Shown here: positions 1 through 12,200 of the stretch, in pieces | How the letters are laid out: each line of letters starts with the position of its first letter | Numbering within the stretch: the first letter of the stretch is position 1 | Assembly: GCA_001938485.1 (NCBI GenBank) | Contig: MQRK01222169.1 | Span: 7,982 to 71,981 of the forward strand | Reading direction: 5' to 3' | Origin: Girardia tigrina | Taxonomy: Eukaryota | Length of the DNA: 64,000 nucleotides | The notes under the pieces: generated by a model | Seen by the model: only the letters and a program-made list of their open reading frames with translations | Told to the model about the DNA's origin: nothing | The model's database searches: none | Made by a program: the position numbers and the translations under genes

Positions 1-184
1 GTCATCGATTGCGATGGGGACTATTTTTCTGATTAAATAAATGTTTTATATGGTTTTATTTTTGTTTCTAAAAATCAATAAAAAACGACATAACATTTGG
101 GTACCCCTAATACTTTAAAAATTATAATTATACCATTAAATGATCGTTAAATATTTAATAATATAACAGGGGTATTTTAACATT

Positions 185-190
185 TTTATT
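185..190 (-). promoter_or_regulatory. Putative polyadenylation signal AATAAA of the receptor gene
   Basis: AATAAA on the minus strand ~35 nt after the predicted stop; AT-rich context weakens it. Confidence 0.4.
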
Positions 191-225
191 AGAAAATATA
201 CATTCTTCAAATGATGATGATCAAT

Positions 226-279
226 TTAAGAATCATGAACAAAACCTTTGATAGAGTAATCTGTGTCCAAATGAGCATC
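226..279 (-). CDS. InR: InR probable terminal exon ([17 protein letters not shown])
   Basis: tttttctag acceptor at 280-281; in frame after a 56-nt intron; no homology support. Confidence 0.55.
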   Translation of the reverse strand, partial: DAHLDTDYSIKGFVHDS

Positions 280-3200
280 CTAGAAAAATTAATTTTATAA
301 ATTATAAAAGCTATTGAGAACTAAAATAAAAATACTGATAAACACGTCTCTTGATTCTGAAATTTGAAAAATTTCTGCTGAAAATAATAACTATTGACAT
401 AAAAGTTTTGATCGGCGTATGATTCCAGCTCTTGTAATATTTCTTGAAAAGAGAATCGATCATCAATATTATACTGCCAACATTTTTTCATAACATTCAA
501 TCTATAACGTAATTTAACATTACTAATTCAAATAGTTAGAACAAAATTATTATGTAAATAATCTGATGTAATATGTTAAAGATAAAAAGGTTGTTTTGAT
601 GGTATTAATCACGTAATTACTTTTGACAATTAAAATATTAATTAAAATCCCATAAATTAATTTTTATTAAGTCATTCTGATAATAAATATATATCACATC
701 ATTTCAGATTCACATTTTATTGTTGAAACTTCGAAGCAACTCGTTTGGCCTCTAATACTTTTGAGCTCAATAAACATTAACAATTTTCGAAATGCGTAAA
801 TCAGCTCGTTGATATAAATTTTTATAATTTTAATAATATAATAATAATTTTGTTAATATTAGGAAAAATATTCGTTTTAAAATGACAGTAGTAATAAAAA
901 ATTTGGACTGTATAGAAATTGCTTTCTACGTATTGATTTCTATGTACTGATCTTCAGTTGTTCGACTTAACAGTGAGTTGTAAGATTTTGTTATTTTATT
1001 GACTGAGTCTAAAAACGCTAAAACCACGAATAGGATAACTTTTAATAATTTTCTTGAGGTTGGCCGCTTCTATTATTCTACACATTTGAAGTGTTGGCTA
1101 CCAGATGGTTTTGCGTCAACCGGCACATCTTATTTGTATGGAGGCACGCTGGCGAACGTGATCGGTCAGATCCAGTACCCACCCGTAGGTGCGTGTGCTA
1201 GTACTGCAACCAGTACACAGCGATTCCCCGAAGAGTGTGGCAAAGTAGGTGTCGATCGATGCTGATCGGAGCGGCGGAGAGTGAGGTTGGCCGTGTCGAT
1301 CCCGTTGGCGGTGTCGTGTCGGTCGGTGGTATCCCGACAGTTCGATCGTGACGGTGTTGAATTCGACTGTGTCGATTCATTTCGCTTTCGAATAGCATTT
1401 CGACGACAAAATTAAGTTACAAACAATGTTGAATCCACAGACAAATTATACAATGAATTCAATTTTGTAAAGAAATAAATTAATGCAGTCAAAGTTAATT
1501 GTCATTACCATTTATTTAATTCAAAATTTTCTACCATAAAATTTGTCTTATTTAAACAACTGTTTTTTTAATAATTCTTTTTTTTATCAATTAATTTTTT
1601 GAGCACCACAACATTGTTACCAATGTTATAAAGCGGTTTTGAAGTTCTCTGTATCTGACTTGAATCAATGAATTTTCAGTGCCCAATAGGATCAGATCTA
1701 TGAAAAATTTGTACTTTGTGAAACTCCACATCGAAAGCGAAACAAATATTAACAAGCTGATTTGAACATTGTCAATCAATTCGAAAACCGTGAATTTGGA
1801 TAATACCTCCGCGGAATCGCCAACAGTTTTATGATGTATTAAATATCACTTTTTGATCTGATGTAGTTTTAGTTTCAATTTAACAGATTTTTTATTACTA
1901 CTGTCATTTTAAAAAGAATATTTTTCTTTATATTAACAACATTATAATTAAATATTTATTTTATTATTAAAATTTATATCAACAAGCTGATTTACGCATT
2001 TTGAACATTGTTAAATTTTTATTGAGTTCAAAAACCTTGGAAGTCAAAGAGTGGAGGCCAAACGGAGAAGGCTAAACGAAGTGGACGGGAAAATTTTATT
2101 CTGCATAAATTTTATTACATATCTGGTAGCCAACACTTCAAATGTGTAGAATAATAAAAGGGGCCAACAACAGGTTGCACCTAAAAAATTATAAAATTAA
2201 AGACTATACATATATGTACTGTCTGTTACGAATAAGCTCAAAAACTATGGAATATTTTGCCAAAAATATAGCAAACTTGTAAACATTCCAGGAAAGGTTT
2301 CTGTCAAAAACGTTCATGTTACTTATCCATAGGGTGGTTTACTTAGGGACAAGTATATCTTTATTAACCAAAAACTACCCTTTTTCTAAATATTAATTTT
2401 TCAAAACATGTTTCACCAGGTTTGGCATAGTCAGCTTACTAATTGAAAATTTCAATTTCAAGTCATTTATACAGCAATCCTAGTAATTCAATGTAAATGT
2501 CCCAAGTGCGACGCATTGTACATTTGAAAGACAAACCGTCATCATCGAACTAGAAATACTGAACATACTCAAATGAGTAGAAATAGATCCATTCTTAATT
2601 ATATTTATTACATTGCAAAGATTGAAATAATGTCGACATTAATAGTTTAAAAAATTATAATCATAATGAGAGAATAATCACAGAAGCACTGTTAATTAAG
2701 CATTTCAAACCATGCTTAAATATTTAAAGTGATTTATCTAATCATATTAAAATATTCATTTTTTTAATTTCTTTTTTAATTTCAATAATTGAAAATTATA
2801 TAAAAAGAATGCAAAAATTGAGTTATATTACCAAATAATTTTTAGCTATACAAGTGACTTGAATTCAGGGCCTTTTTAAGAAATTTTCACTGGGGGGGCA
2901 CAAGCAATATGAAATAGTCATGTGCCGAAATTCGGTAACTTTTAATCTCGAATGACAATAGTTATTTTTTCTTGTTTTTTATAATGGATTTACCTACTTC
3001 AAACAGTTTCTTTATCAAGTATTCTCAGATTCCAATGAAGAAAATACACGAGTCACCCGACCCAAAACATTTTATAAACAGTCCAATACGAGTTAATTTA
3101 TGTAACCCTTCAAAACATATTACTTTAAAAAAAAAGAATTGGTAACAAAGTCACTTTTTGAATAAGTATCAAGGTTGAGTTTCTTTCTTGTCTTTCTTTC

Positions 3201-6200
3201 ACCCACAAGAATTCTACCACAGCACTGTGAGGATCAAACTTGCAGGTCTCCTTTCAATTTATGCAAGAGTTGGCTGTCTCAGCTGAGGTGCTCGTGCAAT
3301 GGTCTGAAACGTTCAAGTTGTAAAAAGAATCAAGCCTCTAAGGAAGCATGTTGTGAGGAGTGAGTGTTACTGAAGACGATATTACTTTCAAAAGTACGCC
3401 GCTGTAACGCTGTAGAAAGTATTTCAATTTCAATTAGGGTAAATCATTTATTGGCCATTGCTCAGCACAGTCATCTACAAAGCGCTGGATTTCTTCTGAA
3501 AACAAATGTCATTTTATTTTGACTCCTGCATTAATAAATGTTTCGAGTTCTGCTGTTTGCAAAAGAGTTAATATGTTTTGGACTATTTCTTGTTCCACAT
3601 CAAACTGCTCTCCAAGATAATTCTGTACTGATTATACAATTTTGAGGCTCACTGCATCCTGATTTCTTGTAGTTTGTATATTCGTGTTAACAGGTCTTAA
3701 AATGAGTCTCTGTTTCCTGTGGCTGTAGTGCCGAATCTCTATTGTTTATTATCTCTGGTAGAATCAGGTTGTCACGCTGTAGCTGCCTTTGTAAATCACG
3801 AAATATTTTCAAAATAGCAATTATTAGACCGTTAAGCCAAACTTGATGCGACTCACATGTCCACGTCTTAAAATATCTCCGTACTGTTGCTCACTCTTTT
3901 TTCAATTCACCTTTCACTTCTAAAAACTTAAAAACGTCCTTACAGTAGTAATAAGTATGAAGAATGGCCGTTAAAATGTTGATTATATGTTCAGCAAATT
4001 GAACTTCTTAATGAGTAGCGAAATGATTCGCCGCTGCTTGAAATTGATGCAGGAGATCCGTTGCCTTCTTATACATCCTGAAGAAGGTAGTTAGAGGCTT
4101 GGCATTTTTAATCCAGATACGCAGCTCCGAAATTCCTTCTTCAATGCTTTTAAAAACTGTGTCAATTCTGTGAACAGCACACCAGAACGTCCATAGATCA
4201 GGGTACAATCAGTTCTTTATAAGCTTCCCAAACTCCCTTGCAGTGTCTGTATTAGTGTTTTCGTCATCTCTAGTAACACTAATCAGCTTGGAAGTTGGTG
4301 CAGTTTTGGTCTTAAGAGAATGCTGAGTGGCTTACTGCAGTTCAAGGGCTTCAATATGTTGAGATTCGTTGAAGGCTTTGAATACGTTCTTTACTTCATG
4401 CTCTTCTGTTACTATTCTCGTAGATTCTTACTTATAATCCACCATTTGCAGATTGACGCATCTATCAACTTGCGCTGCGTAAGCAACAATCTCCTGTAGC
4501 TCATGAAGGAGTTCCTTCGGAACTTCTCCAGCAACGATGAATAACATTTCTTGATAGCAGTTTGGATCTCTGTAATGAAATATTGATGAGCAAGATTGAA
4601 ATTCCTCCAATGGAGAATTTATTTCTGTTGTATACGCAAACTCCACAACATTAAAAAAAATATTTAAAATTCAAGAACTAAATTAACAAATTAATAAAAA
4701 TCCAAAACTACATTAACAATTAATAAAATAAAAATTCAAAATTAAATTAAAATTCATAAAATTCAAGATTCATAAAAAAACATAAAAATTCAAACAAAGA
4801 ATTTGTTTTACTATATAAAATAAAAAATTAACAAAACGCACAAATTCCAATTAAAAAACCAATCTGTTAAGTGTTGCAATATGGAGGATCAATTTGATAC
4901 TACATTGTCTATAAATAAACGTTTATCGAAAATTCTCGTTCTCATTAAATACCCCATACAAAAGACTGTCAAGAAGGAGCGATCGAATAAATCGACTGTT
5001 ACGTCGATTAAAATTACATCCGGGACGAATCAGGTTGAACATGAACTTTTATCGTGTAATTGGTTGTACGATTTAGGCGCCGGTCATCTGGTCGCTAACG
5101 AACGCGTCAAACTTGATCAAGTCAACAGTATTGCGGACATGGTTACACACAACAACCCGACCCGATATAACTTCATTTTCGAGAAGCCAGTAAATATTTT
5201 TGGAATTGTGTACTTGAGTTAAATACTTTGAGAGCAAGCTGTTGGCAGAAAGAGTACTTATCAGACTGTCAATATAAACGTTCACGGCGAGTGAGATAAG
5301 AAACTCCACAACTTCCGCACGGTACTTTTGCTAACATTTCAAAAATGGTGATGAGAGGAATGAATTTTCCATTGCAATTCTCAATCTACATGTCGCACTG
5401 CTGCCTTTTGGAAGATTAAGTCAGGGTGATCTGTGACAGCCTTCATTTTTATAGTTGCATCTGCACGGCAGCCATAAGCCAAGTAAACAGTTCAATTGTA
5501 AGTAAACTTGCAAATTACATTCACAAACTTTTCACACGCTCTACATTTCACATAATGTGTTTTACGCTTCCCTTCAGCAAGTGCAAACATAAATACATCC
5601 AAGCAGTCGCTATTATTTTCTACTTAGCATTTTACATTCACTTTTCTGTGCTTGTACCATCCTATAGTACTATGAGAAGTGCTGATAATGGATTCTTCTG
5701 TTGTGTATTTGTGGTTCAGTCTTCTGCTAGAACAGTGAAGTTTAAGTCTTCTGTTGTTACAAAAGCATCGTGTTATGTTCACCAAAAAATAGAAAGGTAG
5801 TTTTAAAAATTTATTTATAAAAAATTGCGCCCCCCAGTCTATCAATTTTGCCTTGAACTAGGGGGCATTTTTGGTTACTGGGATTATCAAGTGCCCCCCC
5901 AGTCAATATGTTAAAAAAGGTCCTGCTTGGATTTGAAATTTTCAATTAGTCAACTGACGATGCAAAAACTAGCGAAACATGTTTTGAAAAATAAATATTT
6001 AAAAATATGGCGGCTTTTTATTTTATTTAATCGAGTACCATTAGAATTGGTTAATATATAGATAAATATACACGACTCTAAATAAAAATCCAATCATCAC
6101 ATCAATTCACACTATGTAATTTTGGCATGTGCCATTTGAAAAAAACGGTATGTCTACTCTATCGTTCGTACTTTACCGGGTAACGGAGACAAATGATACA

Positions 6201-9200
6201 GTTAATAGTAACGATAACAACGAAAAGCTAATCTTTGAGATGAGACTTTTCACACTCAATACTTAATTTTAGTTTTCACATCAAATGCAAAACAACTTTT
6301 AAAATTTTTAAAATAATTTTTTACATGTGAGGAATGTTTTGAATTGTTTGTTGCTTTATTTTGTGCATGTTGTACGTTGATTCGGGTTGTGTCTCTCCTA
6401 CACGGATGGCTGATTGGTATTTTCTTGGATTCCTACTAATTAAAAATAATTAATTTAATTTAATTTTAAAATTAATTTAATTTTAAAGTAAAAAGATTTT
6501 ACATAATTTTCGAATGTAATATTTAATTTTTAATGTAATTTATAATTGAATATATTAATTTCATTGGCACTTTTTATAAAATGTTTAGATTTAATTATAA
6601 CCAATTAGAATCCTTAAAAATAATAATAAAGTTTTTTGATATTTTGTAAAATTAGTATGAATTCAGAAATATATTAATTAAGAAAAATGTCGAATAGCGA
6701 AAGCCTTTTGTATAATTGTTGTCATAACAATTCAGATTGTGATGATAATAAATGTTTAAAAAATAATATTGATGTTTTTAATAGTACAATAATAATAATA
6801 ATAGTCTGACACTATAAACAACTAATTAAAAGAATACTAAACATGTATTTAACGAAAGAAAAAACTAGCTTATTATTATTCAAAATATATATTGGAAAAA
6901 TGTATGAGATAGCTATGAACAAATTATTTGACCCCAGATAAGAGAATTTTAACTCAAAATCAAATGCCCAAGAAATAAGTAGTAAAGTAAAGAATAAACA
7001 TTGATTATATTAAAAAAAGACTTACAAAACTTTTGAACTTTTAAAAGAACTATTGGTTATTAATGATCCTCCATTGGTAACAAACTGAATAACATCGTGG
7101 TGAGACTTACCACGATATGGTAATGAAGCAAGAGTAGATATTTCCCAAAGAACAACACCATACGACCTAGAAATTAAAAACCAACCTATTTTAATGGATA
7201 GATAATTGAAATGCCATAAAAAGTATTTTTTAAAAGATAAATATAAAAAATACATTTCCAAATTGAAATATAATTTTAATCGTCGATTATGTTTGTTTGA
7301 TTGTGAGAATTTTATTGGTGTTTCTGTGCAGTGTTTTTTGTAGAAAAATTTCTTTACAATTAAGAAAACAATGTTTAAAAAATAAATCGATTCGGTTTGG
7401 AAATTTCGAATTAAAATTTGGAGTTTTAAATAAATGTCAATTAAAAAAAGAGCCTCTTGAATTTTTTTTGAATATATATTTCTTTGAAATTACATCTTGT
7501 GGTTGAAAACGATTTATTTGTTTCGATTTAAAAAACTTTACTCCGAGTTAAAAACGATTTCCGAGACAAATAAACTTATTTTTTCAAAAGACTTTATATT
7601 TTTGAATTTTGTTTGAATTATTCCATGAATAATTTTAAAAATAAGAATAGATATCACCGGTACAATTTTGAACTAATAAATAAAATGTTGTCGAAGTATC
7701 CTTCTAATCTAACTGGGCCTTTTAAATTGGTAATTTAAAAAGCGCTAGATTATCTAGAAAATCTGCGAATCATTTTCCCTTTAACGATATATTATTCTAC
7801 GATATATAAACCGAGTGGAGAGTTGGTGATGATCCACGAGCTGAATACGTATCCGCATATTTGGGGAAAGTTTAATGTGGAGAAACGGTTTCTGATCCAA
7901 TTACTATAAAATAAATTTAAAGTAATAATTTATTTTTACAGTTGTTAAATCTGTTAAACTAACAATAAAAATGTCAGTTAAGTGCTTTCGTATATTTTAC
8001 ATTTTAATGTACTAACTATTTGTTATTTACTTTTCAAAAGAATTATCCTTCAGAAATATTTTACTGAAAATAAACAATTTTTTGCGAGTTTATTCAAAGG
8101 AGATTTATACAATATAATTTTATAATTTGAATTGTCCGCTCACTATGTCCTAAGTTTATTTACATAGAATATGCCTTTGTCTCTTTCAAAAGATATAACC
8201 TATTTTCGGATTTATTACCATTTTAATATAATATTAAAATAGTGAAAATAATGAATTCCATCGAAGTTTGAATTTTCTGTTTTATTTCTTGTTCTTCTTC
8301 TGGATCTAGAGATGTACCTCTAAAAACAAGGTACTTTAAATATCAATATAGTTTTCAGAAAATCCAGAAAACGTTTTGAAAACAAATTTTTATACTTATT
8401 GTAAATCTATTTAACATTTCTGTATGTCTTATATTTTTATTAAATTATGAGAATTAAAATAAACACCAATATCTTTTACCAGACGTCCGAACTTGTAGTG
8501 AACAAAGCTGATTGTAAAGATTCTGGAGCCATCCATCTAACTGGTAACCTGACTTTGCCTTCCTTTCTGTAATAGCAGTCATAGTACACGTCTCGAGCCA
8601 TACCGAAATCGCCAATTTTAATAATCAACATACTATTTATCATACAATTTCTGGCAGCCAAATCCCTGTACAAAATCATTATATTATCATATTTCTAGTA
8701 TAAAAAATATTAATCTAGTTAATTCATGAAATATAAACTTTCATAGAATGGAATTAATAACTATCCCTCACGTTGAAAGAAATTGATCACATAATTTTAA
8801 ATACATATTTAAAATCTTTATAGCAGAATAAAAACATTGTTATAAGTAATAATGAATATAAAATCTAATTGACAGTATCTGATTAAAAAACCATCAATAA
8901 TTGTATTAAGGACATTGAGACAATTCTCATTTTAATTTTTATTACAATCACATTTAGAGTCATTACAACTCTCAGAAGATCTTCCACCGTTTGACATCCT
9001 TCTAATTGGTTTTCTTATTTTTATTTTCAATCATGATTATTCGAAAAATTTTTCTAAATATTTTAAAAATATTTAATTTCTAAAAATATTAATTAAAAAT
9101 AATAATTTTAACTATTTCTTTATAAAAACCCAAAAGAATAAAATGTTATCAAATTACACTACCCGACAAATTTGAACTTTTTTTAGAAAAAGAAGTCTTC

Positions 9201-12200
9201 ATCTCCATTATATGCAGAATATGATGCTGAACACGAATTTGATAATCGTTTTTCTCCTATACATCCAGATTTTTTGTTATCTTATATTTTTTATTTACTT
9301 TGAAAAAGTCAAAAACCAGTAAAACAGTACTTATGAAGGAGTAATTTATATTTTAAGGACTGCAAATCATCCAGCAATAGTCAACCGTCATTCTCGGATC
9401 TGCTCTTCCTTGATATCGCTGTTCCAGTGTTGAAAGGGTCTGGTGAAATCGTTCACCATGTTCATCTGTGACCTGTTCCATCTCGGATGGGAAAAAGTCA
9501 ATGTAACTTTTTAGAAAGTGAATTTTTGGAGACATATTCACTTTCATCAGTTCAAATGCATCCAGCATTTCTGAAATTATATCTCGGTAATCAGGAGATC
9601 GATGTTTGCCTGAGAAAAAAATAAAAATAAATAGCAAAAACCATTTAATGTTATCGTACGTATGTTGTTCAAGTGATTGAAGTATAAAAACATACCAAGA
9701 AAGTTTTCCACACACTTTTTATGGCATTCCAGGCACGCATTTAAACTGGGGATTATGCATCTTGAAACTGCTAACTTTTCATTAATTTCTTCGTATCCGG
9801 CCAAACAAAGACACCTTCTTTTATTTTGGCTGCTGACAGTCGAGAAAAAATATTCTTCAGTGTTGTCATTGGCTCGCCTTCCGAATCCAAAGCCTTGACG
9901 AAATTTTTGAAAATCCCAAGCTTGATATGTAGTACAAGAGCCTCGTGGAGGACATTTTGCACTCCTGCTGTTTATTTACACGTTCTGGCCAATGGTTTCT
10001 GCTGTAATGCTGCTGACGCGCTCTGCTATCCCATAGAAAAATAAAACAAATGTACTTGGTGTAGCCACCCTGCATCCCAGTGAGCATTCCGATGATTTTT
10101 AAATCAGAACAAACTCTCCGTTTGAAGTTGTCGTAATGAATTAACTCAAATATCAATTTCAATGAGGATTAGGATTCTTTCCCTTTCCTGGAATAGGCCA
10201 CTGGCAGTTCAGGAAACTTGTTGTCCTTATGGAGGAGCACAGCCTTCATACTATTGACACTACCGTCGACAAAGAGCCACCAGTCTTCTTTCACATTCGT
10301 ATGAATGCTCATTCTCGAAAGAAGACATTCAATGTCATCGCAGTAGACCATCTCATCGCCATTACTTGTTTTGAAAAATTCCACGAACATCTTATCCCTT
10401 GCCCTGTAAGCCGTCGTGTTCGTTCCTGCTGCTAAAACACCAAATGGTTTAAGCATGGTTGCAACAAGATAAGAACCATCTTTCGATAACCCAAATTTTC
10501 TGACAAAACTATCAAGTTGATCTTGGTTGATGGTTTTACATGTGCGTTCCACGTCATCCGATCTCCAGTTGGCTTCCATGTCATCAGGTGTTTCTGATAC
10601 TTCATCATCGCTGTCAGAAAGAATGTTTAAATTCTTTGGTGGAACAGGAATTTGGTGGAGGCTCCTCTCCTGGTTCATATGGCCTTGGCAGAACTGCTGA
10701 CGGTAAATCAGGATAATAAATAAGATGAGCTGTCTTTTTACTGTGACCACGAACATTTGACAAACAGAAGTAACAATCGCTAACATGATCCATCTGCTCA
10801 CGTCAAGCCATTGGAGTTTAAAATGGCATTTGTTTCAGTTTTCCAGATTACCATAGAGAGAGATCAGAAAAACATTACTGGCAGACGCAATGGGGCCAAA
10901 TGACTCGTTCTGGTCTCCTATTTTCATTTTAAAGTAGTGAAAAAAAGGCTTTGGATTCTGGGAGTAATGGATCTGGATGTACCTTTAAATATACATTTTC
11001 TACAAATATAGCAAAATTTATTGGGATTGTTGACACATTGACGTCTATTCGATATAACCTGAAAAAAATATAATTGTGTGTATTAATTAGGTAATAATAT
11101 TAAAAATAACTGACGCGAGAATTATAAAATAAATTGCAGTAATGACACAATTTGAAGCAACGCACAATGATTACTCGTTAAAACAATAGAACAAATTAAA
11201 TGTAAATATAGTTTACAATATTTGATTTTTACTAAAGTAATAACTAATTGTCCGTAAATTGTATTTTTAATATATATTTGATGCAATATTTAATATTTTC
11301 TATTATTTTACTATTTTAGAAATTATTTTAGAAATTCTTTTAAGTTATAATTTAAAATCTATAAAAATATTACATAAATAATAAGAATACAATTTAAGGG
11401 CAGTTAATTATTACTTTAATAATACTATACTATATTTACAATTAATTTATTCTATTGTTTTAACGTGTAAGCATCGAACGTTGCTTTAAAATATAAAATT
11501 TATATAATTATCAGTTTTTCTCAATTTACAAAAAATCTAGACCTATAGGAGGAAATTGATTATCATTTTCGTGTTCAGCATCAAATTCTGCATAAAGTAG
11601 GTAAAGACTTCTTTGTCTAAATTTGAGTGTCGGGTAGTGTTATTAAAAATGAATTTAATTTAAACTTTATTAATTTTATTTATATCTAATTAAATGCTTT
11701 TCTTTCTTAAAAAATATGAAACTTAATTTTAATTGTTAATTTAAAAAATATAAACTTATCAAATTATTATTTTAATGATGTTTGAATAGTCAATCACTTT
11801 AAATTTAAAAATACCAATTTCAATTTGGGTTGAAGAATCACCATTCTAATTTCAACATACTTAAATCAACATACATCATCAATACATTCACATATTCAAA
11901 CAATTTAAAGTATTCCTCACAAATTGAATTAAAATCAAATTATATTATTTACACAGAAACATAACATATACCTGTGCACAAATTTCATTTCGGATAAGTA
12001 TAACATTCCATCAGCTATTTGTAGAGCCCATAAATGACTTTGTTCTTCTGAAATGATACCTTCACCTTCTTCTCCTTGCGTACGTAAATAGTTCGCTAAA
12101 TCGCCATATTCCATAAGTTCCATAATTACTAGAGGCATTTTTTTAAAATGCTCTAGAAAAAATTAAATCAAATTTAATGAATTGTATGGATATGAAAAAA

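Larger units (their letters stand above)
2390..6000 (+). mobile_element. Truncated Penelope-like element (GIY-YIG remnant, inverted pLTR), interrupted by a hAT
   Basis: ~2478-2760 decays from [23 protein letters not shown]; 2390-2470 is inverted at 2845-2865 plus 5933-6000. Confidence 0.75.

Noticed and set aside
999-1398. Short ORFs in the GC-rich island as host genes
   Set aside because: No recognisable domain or splice context
1795-1830. Minus-strand NCWRFR as candidate kinase subdomain XI exon
   Set aside because: Lies inside a TIR element; the exon at 336-501 fits motif and phase far better
7823-7900. C/D-box snoRNA-like pattern (GTGATGA...CTGA...CTGA, ttgg/ccaa ends)
   Set aside because: Antisense to the host gene, terminal stem geometry is non-canonical, and no rRNA guide complementarity was recognised
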